The notes under the pieces: generated by a model
What the model was told of the DNA's origin: nothing
Seen by the model: the letters and a program-made list of their open reading frames with translations, nothing else
Databases searched by the model: none
In this document: one piece after another, positions 11,202-19,843 of the stretch
Numbering within the stretch: position 1 is the stretch's first letter
Layout: every line of letters begins with the position of its first letter
NCBI GenBank assembly: GCA_009837085.1
Contig: VXUF01000077.1
Location: 85,144-149,143 of the forward strand
DNA length: 64,000 bases
Source: Holophagales bacterium
GTDB lineage: Bacteria; Acidobacteriota; Thermoanaerobaculia; Multivoradales; Multivoraceae
Direction: 5' to 3'
Program-made: the position numbers and the translations under genes

Positions 11202-11879
11202 TCAGAGGCCTAGCACCTCCCGGCACCACTCGCTGACCGCTTCCGCGGTCTCGCGGTCGACGCCCTCCTGCCGGCGGCCTGATCTCTTCAGCACCTGCAG
11301 GCTGTGGTCGCCGCCTTCGACCAAGTGGAGTGTGGCGCGAGTGCCGAGCCGGTCGCAGACGCCGGCCAGCAGTTCAGGCTCAGCGAGCCGATCGCGGGTG
11401 CCGTTCAGGAAGAGCATCGGCTTCTCGACCCGACTCAGGTGGTCGGCGCGCGACGTTCCGGGCTTTCCCGGCGGATGCAGCGGGAAGGCGTGAAAGACGA
11501 AGCCGGCGACGTCGAGGCTGTCGACCGCGTCGGCGCCGGAGGCCATGCGGCCTCCCATCGAGCGGCCGCCCGCAAGGAGCGGTAGTTCGGGCCGCGTGTC
11601 CCTGGCATGCGCGACCGCCGCTCGAACGGATCGCTGCAGGACAAGCGGCGGGTCCGGACGGCGGCGGCCCGCTTCCGTGTAGGGAAACTGGAATCGGAGC
11701 GTGGCGATCCGAAACCCGGCCAGGCCTCGGGCGAAGGTCTCGATCGTCGCGTGACGCATGCCCGCGCCGGCTCCGTGGGCGAAGACGAGAAGACAGCGGG
11801 GCGCTTCGGGCTCGAGCAGCAGGGCGCTGACCCGCCGGTCCTCACTGACAGCGATGCTGGTTTTGCTGGCCCCCGTCAC
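11202..11879 (-). CDS. Alpha/beta-fold hydrolase (COG3571/KANL3-Tex30-like)
   Basis: It contains 'LLVFAHGAGAGM', the nucleophile elbow 'GGRSMGGRMAS', and 'GGDHSL'. Its GTG start overlaps the lhgO stop (GTGA at 11876-11879). Confidence 0.75.
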   Translation of the reverse strand: MTGASKTSIAVSEDRRVSALLLEPEAPRCLLVFAHGAGAGMRHATIETFARGLAGFRIATLRFQFPYTEAGRRRPDPPLVLQRSVRAAVAHARDTRPELPLLAGGRSMGGRMASGADAVDSLDVAGFVFHAFPLHPPGKPGTSRADHLSRVEKPMLFLNGTRDRLAEPELLAGVCDRLGTRATLHLVEGGDHSLQVLKRSGRRQEGVDRETAEAVSEWCREVLGL

Positions 11880-13135
11880 AACCCGAACGTCTCCGCCGCC
11901 CGGTCGGCGAGGGTGTCGCCGATCGCCAGCGACGCCGTCGCCCCGGGCGACGGGGCGTTCAGGACGTGGAGCATTCGCGGACTCGTTTCGATGGCGAAGT
12001 CGTCGACCAGGTTGCCCTTGCGGTCCAGGGCCTGGGCACGGACGCCCGAGCCGCCGGGCATCAGGTCGGAGTTCCTGAGATCGGGGACGAAGCGGCGCAG
12101 GTCGCGGGCGAAGCGGGTGCGGCTGCCGGAACGCGCCATCTCGCCGATGCCGACCTTCCAGAAGCGGAGGGCCATCTTCCAGAAGCCGGGGTAGCTCAGG
12201 CTGCTCCAGGTATCGCGGGCGTCGAAGCTGCCGCGGTTGTAGCCCTCGCGCTTGAGCGCCAGGACCGCGTTCGGGCCGGCCTCGACCGAGCCGTCGACGC
12301 GCCGGGTCAGGTGCACTCCGAGAAAGGGGAAACGGGGATCGGGGACGGGGTAGATCAATCCGCGCAGCAGGTGGCGGCGCTCCGGAGCGATATCGAAGTA
12401 CTCGCCGCGGAAGGGGACGATCCGCACGTCAGGATCGAGGCCCGCCATGCGTGCCACGCGGTCCGATTGAAGGCCGGCGCAGTTGATCGCGTGGCCGGCC
12501 TCGAAGTCGCCGGCGGTAGTCTCCACGACGACGCCGTCAGGGCGTGGCGTGAGACCGGTGACGCGCGTCCGCAGATGGAGGGAGACACCGGCTGTCTCGA
12601 GTTCTTCGGCGTAGGCGCGGGCCACGGCCTTGAAATCGACGATGCCGGTCTCGGGAACCCAGAGAGCGTCGACGCCGGTCGCGTGCGGCTCGAACTCGGG
12701 GATCCGCTCGGGCGGCAGGCGCTCCAGCCCGGCAAGGCCGTTCGCCCGGCCGCGTCGCTCCAGTTCGTCCAGTCGGGGGACCTCCTCCGCGTCGGTCGCG
12801 ATGACGAGCTTGCCGCAGATCTCGTACGGAATCGAGTGCCGGTCGCAGTACTCGATCAGGCGCTTCCGTCCGCCGACGCAGTTGCGCGCCTTGAGCGAGC
12901 CGGGCTTGTAGTAGAGGCCGGAGTGGATGACGCCGCTGTTGTGACCGGTCTGGTGAACGGCGGGCCTGGACTCAGCCTCGACCACGTGGATATCGATCTG
13001 TTCGAAGCGGCGCGCGAGGCTCCGGGCCGTGGCGAGACCGATGATGCCGGCCCCGATGCAGACGACGTCGGCGCGCTCGGGCAAGGCGGGCTCAGGCGCC
13101 GTCCGCTGCGGCGCGCTTCGCGCCGGCGTCTTCAC
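11876..13135 (-). CDS. lhgO: FAD-dependent L-2-hydroxyglutarate oxidase/dehydrogenase
   Basis: It has 'DVVCIGAGIIGLATA' (GxGxxG) and DAO-family length and motifs. The GTG start at 13135 would overlap the pheA 3' end by 44 nt. An in-frame TTG at 13084 gives M-PERADVVCIGAG and is an equally plausible start. Confidence 0.8.
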   Translation of the reverse strand: MKTPARSAPQRTAPEPALPERADVVCIGAGIIGLATARSLARRFEQIDIHVVEAESRPAVHQTGHNSGVIHSGLYYKPGSLKARNCVGGRKRLIEYCDRHSIPYEICGKLVIATDAEEVPRLDELERRGRANGLAGLERLPPERIPEFEPHATGVDALWVPETGIVDFKAVARAYAEELETAGVSLHLRTRVTGLTPRPDGVVVETTAGDFEAGHAINCAGLQSDRVARMAGLDPDVRIVPFRGEYFDIAPERRHLLRGLIYPVPDPRFPFLGVHLTRRVDGSVEAGPNAVLALKREGYNRGSFDARDTWSSLSYPGFWKMALRFWKVGIGEMARSGSRTRFARDLRRFVPDLRNSDLMPGGSGVRAQALDRKGNLVDDFAIETSPRMLHVLNAPSPGATASLAIGDTLADRAAETFGL

Positions 13136-14300
13136 CTGGACGCTCGGCGGGCGTCGGCGGCGGCGCGCTCGGGTAGGTGCCGAGGATGCGGAGCTCCTTC
13201 GTCTTCGCTTCGATCGCCTGGAGCGCCTCGGTCACCGGCACCGAAGCGGCGTGCCCCTCGATGTCGAGGTAGAAGCAGTAGCGCCAGGGCGTTGCCGGAA
13301 TCGGCCTGGACTCGATCTTGGTCAGGTTGACGCCGCGCCGCGAGAAGCTCCGCAGCACCTCGCCCAGGTCGCCCGGCTGGTGCCCGGTGACCAAAAGCAG
13401 CGAGGTCTTGCACGGCACGTCGGGCGGGCAGGGCGCCGCTTCCGCGGCCACTTCCACGAACCGGGTGAAGTTCCCGGCCTGGTTCTGGATGCCATGGGCG
13501 AGGATCTCCAGGCCGAAGACCCGCGCTGCCGGCTCGCTGGCAATGGCGCCGACCGTCCGGTCGTTGCCTTCGCGGACGCGCGCGGCCGCGCCGGCCGTGT
13601 CGAATTCGGGTTGTGGCCGCAGCCAGTCGTGGTCGTGGAAGAACTGGTCGCACTGGCGTAGCGCCTGGGGGTGGGAGAGCACGAGCCGGAGATCCTCGAT
13701 CCTGGTGCCGGGCAGTGCGAGCAGGCAGTGCGCGACCTTGCTGATGACTTCGGCGGTGATCACGAGCCCGCCCTCGGCGAGCAGGTCGTAGGTCTCGTTG
13801 ATGCTGCCCGCGGTGCTGTTCTCGATGGGCAGCAGGGCGATGTCGTGGCGGCCGTCGCGGACGCCCTCGGCGGCCCCCCGGAACAGCTCGTAGCCCTGGA
13901 GCACGACGCCTCCGGGCCGTCCGGCGTACTGGCGCTGGGCGGTCAGGTGGCTGAACGAACCCTCGACGCCCTGGTAGGCGACGCGCAGCGGCGCCCGGTC
14001 GAGATCGCGGATGTAGCCCTGCTGCGCCGCGATCGACATCTCGATCAGCAGCCGGAAGATGCGCTCGGTCTGGTGAGGGTCGAGGTCGAGTTCGGCGGCG
14101 ACGGTCCGCACCCGGGTCAGCAGTTGCTCCTCGCGCAACTGGTCGCGGAACGGGAAGGCGGCGGCGATCTTGGCGCCCGCGACCTCGCGCGACAGCTCGA
14201 CGCGGCGCCGGAAGCCCTTCAGGAGCTCTTCGTCGACGCGCTCCAGTTCCTGGCGCACCGCCTCGAGATCGGGCAAGAGGTCATGCTCGTTAGCGGCCAT
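13092..14300 (-). CDS. pheA: Bifunctional chorismate mutase / prephenate dehydratase
   Basis: It has an N-terminal CM_2 helix bundle ('LEAVRQELERVDEELLKGFRRRVELSREV'), a PDT domain ('VAYQGVEGSFSH', 'TRF') and a C-terminal ACT domain ('ESRP'). I place the start at ATG 14300. The track start at 14405 adds an unlikely 35 aa. Confidence 0.9.
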   Translation of the reverse strand: MAANEHDLLPDLEAVRQELERVDEELLKGFRRRVELSREVAGAKIAAAFPFRDQLREEQLLTRVRTVAAELDLDPHQTERIFRLLIEMSIAAQQGYIRDLDRAPLRVAYQGVEGSFSHLTAQRQYAGRPGGVVLQGYELFRGAAEGVRDGRHDIALLPIENSTAGSINETYDLLAEGGLVITAEVISKVAHCLLALPGTRIEDLRLVLSHPQALRQCDQFFHDHDWLRPQPEFDTAGAAARVREGNDRTVGAIASEPAARVFGLEILAHGIQNQAGNFTRFVEVAAEAAPCPPDVPCKTSLLLVTGHQPGDLGEVLRSFSRRGVNLTKIESRPIPATPWRYCFYLDIEGHAASVPVTEALQAIEAKTKELRILGTYPSAPPPTPAERPGEDAGAKRAAADGA

Positions 14301-14379
14301 CGTCTGCTTGGCTTTCGCGGTCTCTGGTGACCGCCGGGCGCAGTATACGGCGCTCCTGCGTAAACGCCTGTCTTGCCAG

Positions 14380-15426
14380 TCAGTTGGAGTGCGGCCGGAT
14401 GGCAACCTTCAGGGCGTGCCGGCCGATCATCAGGTCGAGTGCCTCCGTCAACCGGTCGAGGGGGAGCTCGCGTTCCACCAGTGCGCCGTAGCGTTCCGGT
14501 GCGCCGATCAGCCGGTCCAGCGCCGCGCGGAACGACGAGGGCCGATGGTGGTAGACACCCAGCAGCGTCTGTTCCTGGTAGTGGACCCGCTCCGCATCGA
14601 TCACAAGGTCGGTTCCCGGACGGCAGCCGCCGAACAGGGCGGCGACACCGCCGGGAGCGAGCGACTTGACGGCGTGGTCCCAGCCGGTGGGCGTACCGGT
14701 GGCATCGATCGCGAAGTCGAACGAGTCTTCGACCGCTGGACCGTCGCCGTCGCCGGCGCGACCGGGACGCGTCTCCGCGGCGCCGAAGGAGCGCGCCGCC
14801 TCGAGCCGGTGCGGATGAGGGTCGAGCGCGCAGACATGAGTGCGCATGCTGTGAAACAGGTCGATCAGCATGAGTCCCAGCGGTCCGCAGCCGATGACCA
14901 GAGTCCGCGCCTCGGTGGGCGGACCGCTCCAGGCTCCGAGGCAGCGTTCGAGGCAGTGGACGGCACAGGCCAGAGGCTCCGCCATCGCGGCGACCACAGG
15001 GTCGAGCCCGTCCGGGCGCGGATGCACGCTGCGCCTCGCGATGGCTTCGGGAATGAGCAGGTAGTCGGCGAAGGCACCGTTCAGGTAGACGAGGTTTCGG
15101 CAGAGGTTCTCGCGCTTGTGCCGGCAAGGCTGGCACTCGCCGCAGGAGGCGCTGTTGGCGACGACGACCGCGTCACCTTCGGTGTGAGCGGCGCCGGCGG
15201 CGGCTCGCACGACGGTGCCGGTGACCTCGTGACCGAAGGGTGAGGGCAGGGCCAGCATCGTTGGATGGCCGCCCCGGCGGTAGACCTTGACGTCGGTGCC
15301 GCAGGTGGTCGCGGCGTCTACCCGGATCAGCAGCTCGCCGGCGCCGGGTTCGGGCATCGGAAGTCGCCTCAGCTCGACACTCCCGGGGCCGGTGAGAAAG
15401 GCCTGGGTCTGGTGTCCCGGAATCAT
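14380..15426 (-). CDS. Zn-dependent medium-chain alcohol/polyol dehydrogenase
   Basis: It contains 'CGTD...GHE' (catalytic Zn), 'CGECQPC' (structural Zn) and the Rossmann motif 'VIGCGPLG'. Confidence 0.8.
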   Translation of the reverse strand: MIPGHQTQAFLTGPGSVELRRLPMPEPGAGELLIRVDAATTCGTDVKVYRRGGHPTMLALPSPFGHEVTGTVVRAAAGAAHTEGDAVVVANSASCGECQPCRHKRENLCRNLVYLNGAFADYLLIPEAIARRSVHPRPDGLDPVVAAMAEPLACAVHCLERCLGAWSGPPTEARTLVIGCGPLGLMLIDLFHSMRTHVCALDPHPHRLEAARSFGAAETRPGRAGDGDGPAVEDSFDFAIDATGTPTGWDHAVKSLAPGGVAALFGGCRPGTDLVIDAERVHYQEQTLLGVYHHRPSSFRAALDRLIGAPERYGALVERELPLDRLTEALDLMIGRHALKVAIRPHSN

Positions 15427-15430
15427 GCCG

Positions 15431-16447
15431 TCAGGGGTGCAGCAGTACCTTCAGCGCTGCCCGCCGCCGGCACAGGTCGACGGCTTCGGCGGCGCGGTCC
15501 AGGGGCAGGCGGTGAGTGACCAGGGGTGTCGGGTCAAGGGTCCCCTCGTAGAGCAGATCGAGCACTCTCGTCTGCTCCGCGGGCGAGCCCGAGTACGCGC
15601 CGATGACCTGGCGCTCGGACCTGAAGACCTTGTTGATGTCGAAGGTGACGCGGGCATCCCGGGCCGCGTGCGCGAAGAGCACCACACGGCCGCCTGGCCG
15701 GGTGACCTCGAGCGCAAGGTCGAAGGCCCTCTGGCCTCCAGCCGTGTCGAAGACGGCGTCGGCGTTGCCTTCGGGCAGGTCGCCACGGGCGGTATCGGCG
15801 AGGTCCGCGGGGTGTGTCGCGGAATCGGCGCCCAGATCGAGGGCGATCGCCCGGCGCTGCGGATCCGGCTCGGCGACGAGGATCCGGGCGTCAGGGAGTG
15901 TCACCCTCAGCACCAGCAGGTGGAGCAGCCCCATCGAGCCGGCGCCGATGACGACGATGGCGGGCGTCTCCCCGACGAGACCGGCGCGATCGACTCCCCG
16001 CAGCACGCACGCAGCCGGTTCGACGAACGCGGCCGCTTCGTCGGCGAGTCCGGCGTCGAGCTTTCGCACGGTGCGTTGAACCGCCCGGGCCTTGAGCCGC
16101 AGGCGCTCGCTGAAACCACCCGGATCCAGCAGGTTCTCCGCGAACCGCGGGCACATCGTCTCGGCGCCCGAACGGCACAGACGGCAGTCGCCGCATGGTG
16201 CGTGGTGGGGGGCGACGACCCGGTCGCCGGCCCGGAGCGACGTGGATCGACTCTCGACCACTCTGCCCACGACTTCGTGTCCGAGCACCTCTCCCGGCGT
16301 CCGGCCAGCGTCGCCCAGCTTGTAGAGATCGGTCCCGCAGAAGCCGCAGTAGATGAGCTCGATCAGCGCCTCGCCGTCTCCGATTCCAGGCTCCGGCGCT
16401 TCGACGACCTCCAGACTGCCTGCGGCGGTGGTGAGGGCGACCTTCAC
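15431..16447 (-). CDS. Zn-dependent medium-chain alcohol/polyol dehydrogenase (paralogue)
   Basis: It contains 'CGFCGTD...GHEVVG', 'CGDCRLC' and 'VIGAGSMG'. It lies 4 nt upstream of the previous ADH. Confidence 0.8.
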   Translation of the reverse strand: MKVALTTAAGSLEVVEAPEPGIGDGEALIELIYCGFCGTDLYKLGDAGRTPGEVLGHEVVGRVVESRSTSLRAGDRVVAPHHAPCGDCRLCRSGAETMCPRFAENLLDPGGFSERLRLKARAVQRTVRKLDAGLADEAAAFVEPAACVLRGVDRAGLVGETPAIVVIGAGSMGLLHLLVLRVTLPDARILVAEPDPQRRAIALDLGADSATHPADLADTARGDLPEGNADAVFDTAGGQRAFDLALEVTRPGGRVVLFAHAARDARVTFDINKVFRSERQVIGAYSGSPAEQTRVLDLLYEGTLDPTPLVTHRLPLDRAAEAVDLCRRRAALKVLLHP

Positions 16448-16720
16448 TTGTGTGCCTTGATCAGGTCCAGGCGGAGCATGCCATTCCCTATGGGCATTCT
16501 AGTGAGACGGCGGGCGGGCTTTGACTCGGAGGCCGGGGTCGTGTAGGTTGCGCCTTCCGCCGGGTCCAGCTAGCAGTCCCCTGGTCGCCGTGACGACCAA
16601 GAGCGCTCGATTGCCGCGCCAGGGTTGATGCAGCGGTGGACGCAAGTCCCGCACCCCTGCTTTCTCGCCCGCGCCCAAACGCCTCATCACCATCTCCCGA
16701 CCAGAGGAGTCTGTTTCCTT

Positions 16721-18163
16721 ATGCCCAGGAAGTCTCACGCGAACGGCCGGCGCCCGCCCGCCCGAAGATCGTCCGGCCGGCGTCCGCCCGGCAGAGAGAT
16801 GCGGCGGGGCCACGATGCCGTGTGCTCTGCATGCGATAGCCCGACGACCGTTCCCTTCCGCCCCGCCCCCGGCAGGCCGGTGTACTGCCGCGCCTGTTTC
16901 ACCAACCGTCATCAGGGCTTCGGCCCCCCGGCGAAGGCCGCCACGGCCAATCGAGCCGTTAACGGTGCCCCTCGCAAGGTCGAACCTGCCGCCGGCCGAG
17001 GACACGACGCCGACTCCGGCGGGGTCTTCGCCGGCGTTGAACTCACGCATGCGACCAGGGCGGCGATCGCCCGGATGGCGATCTCCGAGCCGACCCCGAT
17101 TCAGGAGCGGTCCATTCCCTCTCTGCTGGCGGGGCGGGATCTGGTCGGACAGGCGCAGACAGGCTCAGGGAAGACGCTGGCTTTCGCGGTGCCCATCGCT
17201 GAAGTCTGCGATCCGTCGGTCCGGCGGGTTCAGGCGCTGGTGCTGGTGCCGACGCGGGAGCTTGCCCTTCAGGTCGCCGGAGTTGTTTCCGGTCTGGCTT
17301 CATCGCGGGGCGTGTCCGTGACGCAACTCGTCGGCGGCCGGCCGATCAGGCGCGAGCAGGCGGCGTTGAGGCGAGGAGCCGACGTCGTCGTTGGCACTCC
17401 CGGCCGCACCCTGGACCACTTGCGGCAGGGGTCGCTGAAGCTGGACGCCGTACGATTCCTGGTCCTGGACGAGGCGGACGAGATGCTGGACCAGGGCTTT
17501 GCCCGTGACGTCGAAGCGATTCTCAGTCGCACGCCTGCTTCACGACAGACGGCCCTGTTCTCGGCCACCATGCCGCACTGGGTGGCGAACACGGCGACGC
17601 AGTACCTGCGCAACCCGGTGAAGGTCGAGATCGACGCCGCCCTCCAGGAGCCAACGGTGGAACATCTGGTCTATTCGATCCAGAGGGACGACAAGATCGC
17701 GGCGCTCCGGACGCTGCTGGACGACCGTGGCAGCGACCCGATTCTCGTCTTCGGCCGCACCAAGCACGGCGTCAGGAAGCTGGCCAAGAAGCTCGATGCG
17801 CTGGGTTATCCGGTGGGGGCGCTTCAGGGCAACCTCAGCCAGGGCGCGCGCGAGCGCGTGATGAGGGGCTTCCGTTCCGGCGCCGCGCCGATCCTGGTGG
17901 CGACGAACGTGGCCGCCCGGGGGCTCGACGTGAACGGTATCGGCCAGGTCATCAACTACGACCTGCCGGACTCGGAGCGACTGTTCACGCACCGCGTCGG
18001 GCGGACTGGCCGCATGGGGCGTTCCGGAGAGGCGGTCACCTTCGTCACGCCGGACGAAGAGCGGAAGTGGCGTGAGATTCAGCGCGGGCTTGGCCGCCGG
18101 TTCCCGCACCGGCCGTGGCGAGCGCGGCCGCGGTCCTCGTCAGTCGGCAGCGGGCTCGGCTAG
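16721..18163 (+). CDS. DEAD-box ATP-dependent RNA helicase with N-terminal CxxC-x17-CxxC zinc ribbon
   Basis: It has the Q-motif 'PTPIQ', 'AQTGSGKT', 'DEAD', 'SAT', and 'HRVGRTGRMG'. The N-terminus reads 'CSACDSPTTVPFRPAPGRPVYCRAC'. I place the start at ATG 16721, which lies 11 nt after GAGGAG. Confidence 0.9.
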   Translation: MPRKSHANGRRPPARRSSGRRPPGREMRRGHDAVCSACDSPTTVPFRPAPGRPVYCRACFTNRHQGFGPPAKAATANRAVNGAPRKVEPAAGRGHDADSGGVFAGVELTHATRAAIARMAISEPTPIQERSIPSLLAGRDLVGQAQTGSGKTLAFAVPIAEVCDPSVRRVQALVLVPTRELALQVAGVVSGLASSRGVSVTQLVGGRPIRREQAALRRGADVVVGTPGRTLDHLRQGSLKLDAVRFLVLDEADEMLDQGFARDVEAILSRTPASRQTALFSATMPHWVANTATQYLRNPVKVEIDAALQEPTVEHLVYSIQRDDKIAALRTLLDDRGSDPILVFGRTKHGVRKLAKKLDALGYPVGALQGNLSQGARERVMRGFRSGAAPILVATNVAARGLDVNGIGQVINYDLPDSERLFTHRVGRTGRMGRSGEAVTFVTPDEERKWREIQRGLGRRFPHRPWRARPRSSSVGSGLG

Positions 18164-19282
18164 GCGGGGTTGCCGCGAGGGCCGCCCTTCCTTGATGTAG
18201 ATGTCGTGCTTGCTGTACGGGATCTCGATGCCCGCCTCGGCGAATGCCTTGATCGTCGCCTTCACCAGTTCGTGGGTGACGATGCCGCGGAGCACCGGCT
18301 CCTCGACCCAGCACAGCAGCTCGTAGTCGATCGAGGAGGGGCCGAAGCCGCGGAAGCGGACGCGGGGAGTGGGCTCCTTGCACACCTTCTCGTTGTCGTC
18401 GGCGACCTGAAGCTGCAGGGCCTCGACCTTCTCGACGTCGCTGGTGTAGGCCACGCCGACCCGCACGCGGATCCGGTACTTGACGTGGGGCCCGCCGCTT
18501 TCGTTGTTGATCTTCGCGTTCCCCATCACGGCGTTCGGGATCGTGACCTCGATGTCGTCGCGGGTCAGCAGCCGGGTGCTGCGGATGCCGATCTCGGTGA
18601 CCATGCCGCGTTCCCCGGTGTCGAGGGTGATGAAGTCGCCGATCTTGTAGGGCCCGTCCGCGAAGATGAAGATGCCGGCGAAGAGGTTGGCCAGCGTGTC
18701 GCGGGCCGCGAAGCCCACCGCGAGGCCGGCGATGCCGCCAGCGGCGAGGAGCCCCGAGACGTCGGCGCCCCAGGCGTTGATCACCAGGTAAGCCCCCAGG
18801 ATCACGATCGCGACCTTGGCCAGGTTCTCGAACAGGGGCTCGGTGTGCCTGGAGACGAGAGCGCCGCGGCTCCGGCGCCGCGCCAGGGCCCGCAGCAGGA
18901 CTCCGGAGGCGCGCAGCGCTGCGACGACCCAGAACAGCAGCGCCACGGTCTGCAGCGCGTCGACGATCCTCTGCTCGGTGAGGTCGGCGAGCTGCAATCG
19001 AGCCACGCCCATCCGCAGGCCGATCAGAAAGACCGAGACCCAAAGCGGCCAGTGCGCCGCCTCGAGCAACCGGTCGTCGACTTCGGTCTTGGTCTTCCCG
19101 ACGACCTTCGTCGCGCCGAACTTGAGGATCCACCAGACCACCCAGGCGCTGAGCGCGGAGGCGACCGCGATGGCCAGCAACTGGAGCCACGCGCCCCATG
19201 TTTCGTGCACGTAGACCGGAACCAGCTCGGCGAGCCGTCCTTCCAGTGCGGTCAGTTGCGCGTCCACGGGTCCAGTGCCCAC
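18140..19282 (-). CDS. Small-conductance mechanosensitive channel (MscS family)
   Basis: It has several N-terminal TM helices followed by 'PYKIGDFITL..GERGMVTEIGIRSTRLLTRDD..V.IPN', which is typical of the MscS beta domain. Its 3' end overlaps the helicase 3' end by 24 nt (convergent). Confidence 0.85.
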   Translation of the reverse strand: MGTGPVDAQLTALEGRLAELVPVYVHETWGAWLQLLAIAVASALSAWVVWWILKFGATKVVGKTKTEVDDRLLEAAHWPLWVSVFLIGLRMGVARLQLADLTEQRIVDALQTVALLFWVVAALRASGVLLRALARRRSRGALVSRHTEPLFENLAKVAIVILGAYLVINAWGADVSGLLAAGGIAGLAVGFAARDTLANLFAGIFIFADGPYKIGDFITLDTGERGMVTEIGIRSTRLLTRDDIEVTIPNAVMGNAKINNESGGPHVKYRIRVRVGVAYTSDVEKVEALQLQVADDNEKVCKEPTPRVRFRGFGPSSIDYELLCWVEEPVLRGIVTHELVKATIKAFAEAGIEIPYSKHDIYIKEGRPSRQPRLAEPAAD

Positions 19283-19340
19283 GCCCGATCACGGGCGTAC
19301 CGGTTGTTACGATAGCCGACGCCCGGAGGAGGCCGCCGTA

Positions 19341-19721
19341 GTGAACTGGCTGTTTGTGGGATTGTTGATGTGCGCCGCCTCGGTGGGCGCGGGCGCCTTC
19401 GGCGCGCACGGTCTGCGGTCCGCGCTCGACGCCGAGCACCTGGCGCTGTGGGAGACTGCCGCCCGCTACCTGATGTACGGCGGCGTCGTACTGTCGATTC
19501 TCGGCGTTGTGGCGCGCGGCTCGACGGTCGACCTGCGGCTTGCTGGCTGGATGTTGTTTGTAGGCGGCCTGATCTTCTCCGGCACCGTGGCGGCGATCGC
19601 GGTGGGTGCCCCGACCTGGTTAGGCGCCATCACGCCGATCGGCGGCACACTGCTGATCGTCGGCATTCTCGTCTTCGCATGGAGAATGCTGGAACGTTCG
19701 GGGACGCCGGCGGGCTTCTGA
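19341..19721 (+). CDS. DUF423 (YgdD/TMEM256-like) membrane protein
   Basis: It has four TM helices and 'GAGAFGAHGL'. I place the start at GTG 19341, which lies 9 nt after the GGAGGA at 19326-19331. Confidence 0.65.
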   Translation: MNWLFVGLLMCAASVGAGAFGAHGLRSALDAEHLALWETAARYLMYGGVVLSILGVVARGSTVDLRLAGWMLFVGGLIFSGTVAAIAVGAPTWLGAITPIGGTLLIVGILVFAWRMLERSGTPAGF

Positions 19722-19843
19722 AGGACGAGGGGAAGACCGGTTCGGCGCAGTCCGTTCGGGGCATTCCCTAGAGCGGCTGCGCGGTCTATGCTGCGGCCCC
19801 GGCCGCGCCCAAGCGGTCCTCACACTCCAGGAGATGAATAGCA

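Noticed and set aside
13084-13135. A 44-nt overlap of the lhgO start with the pheA 3' end as a coupling or regulatory feature.
   Set aside because: An in-frame TTG at 13084 places the FAD GxGxxG motif at the usual distance from the N-terminus and removes the overlap. The feature is probably a start-codon ambiguity.
16448-16720. A tRNA, small RNA or riboswitch in the long helicase leader and in other gaps over 100 nt (5578-5738, 19722-19843, 23059-23209, 53997-54137).
   Set aside because: I could not find a cloverleaf-compatible arm or T-loop consensus, or a recognisable riboswitch core, by eye. Only short hairpins are present. This needs covariance-model scanning before any call.
18140-18163. 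Overlapping convergent 3' ends (helicase/MscS by 24 nt, and TatD/M23 by 4 nt at 29598-29601) as antisense regulatory arrangements.
   Set aside because: Short convergent overlaps are common in compact GC-rich genomes. One of the C-terminal tails may also be over-extended for lack of stop codons. The sequence gives no further support.
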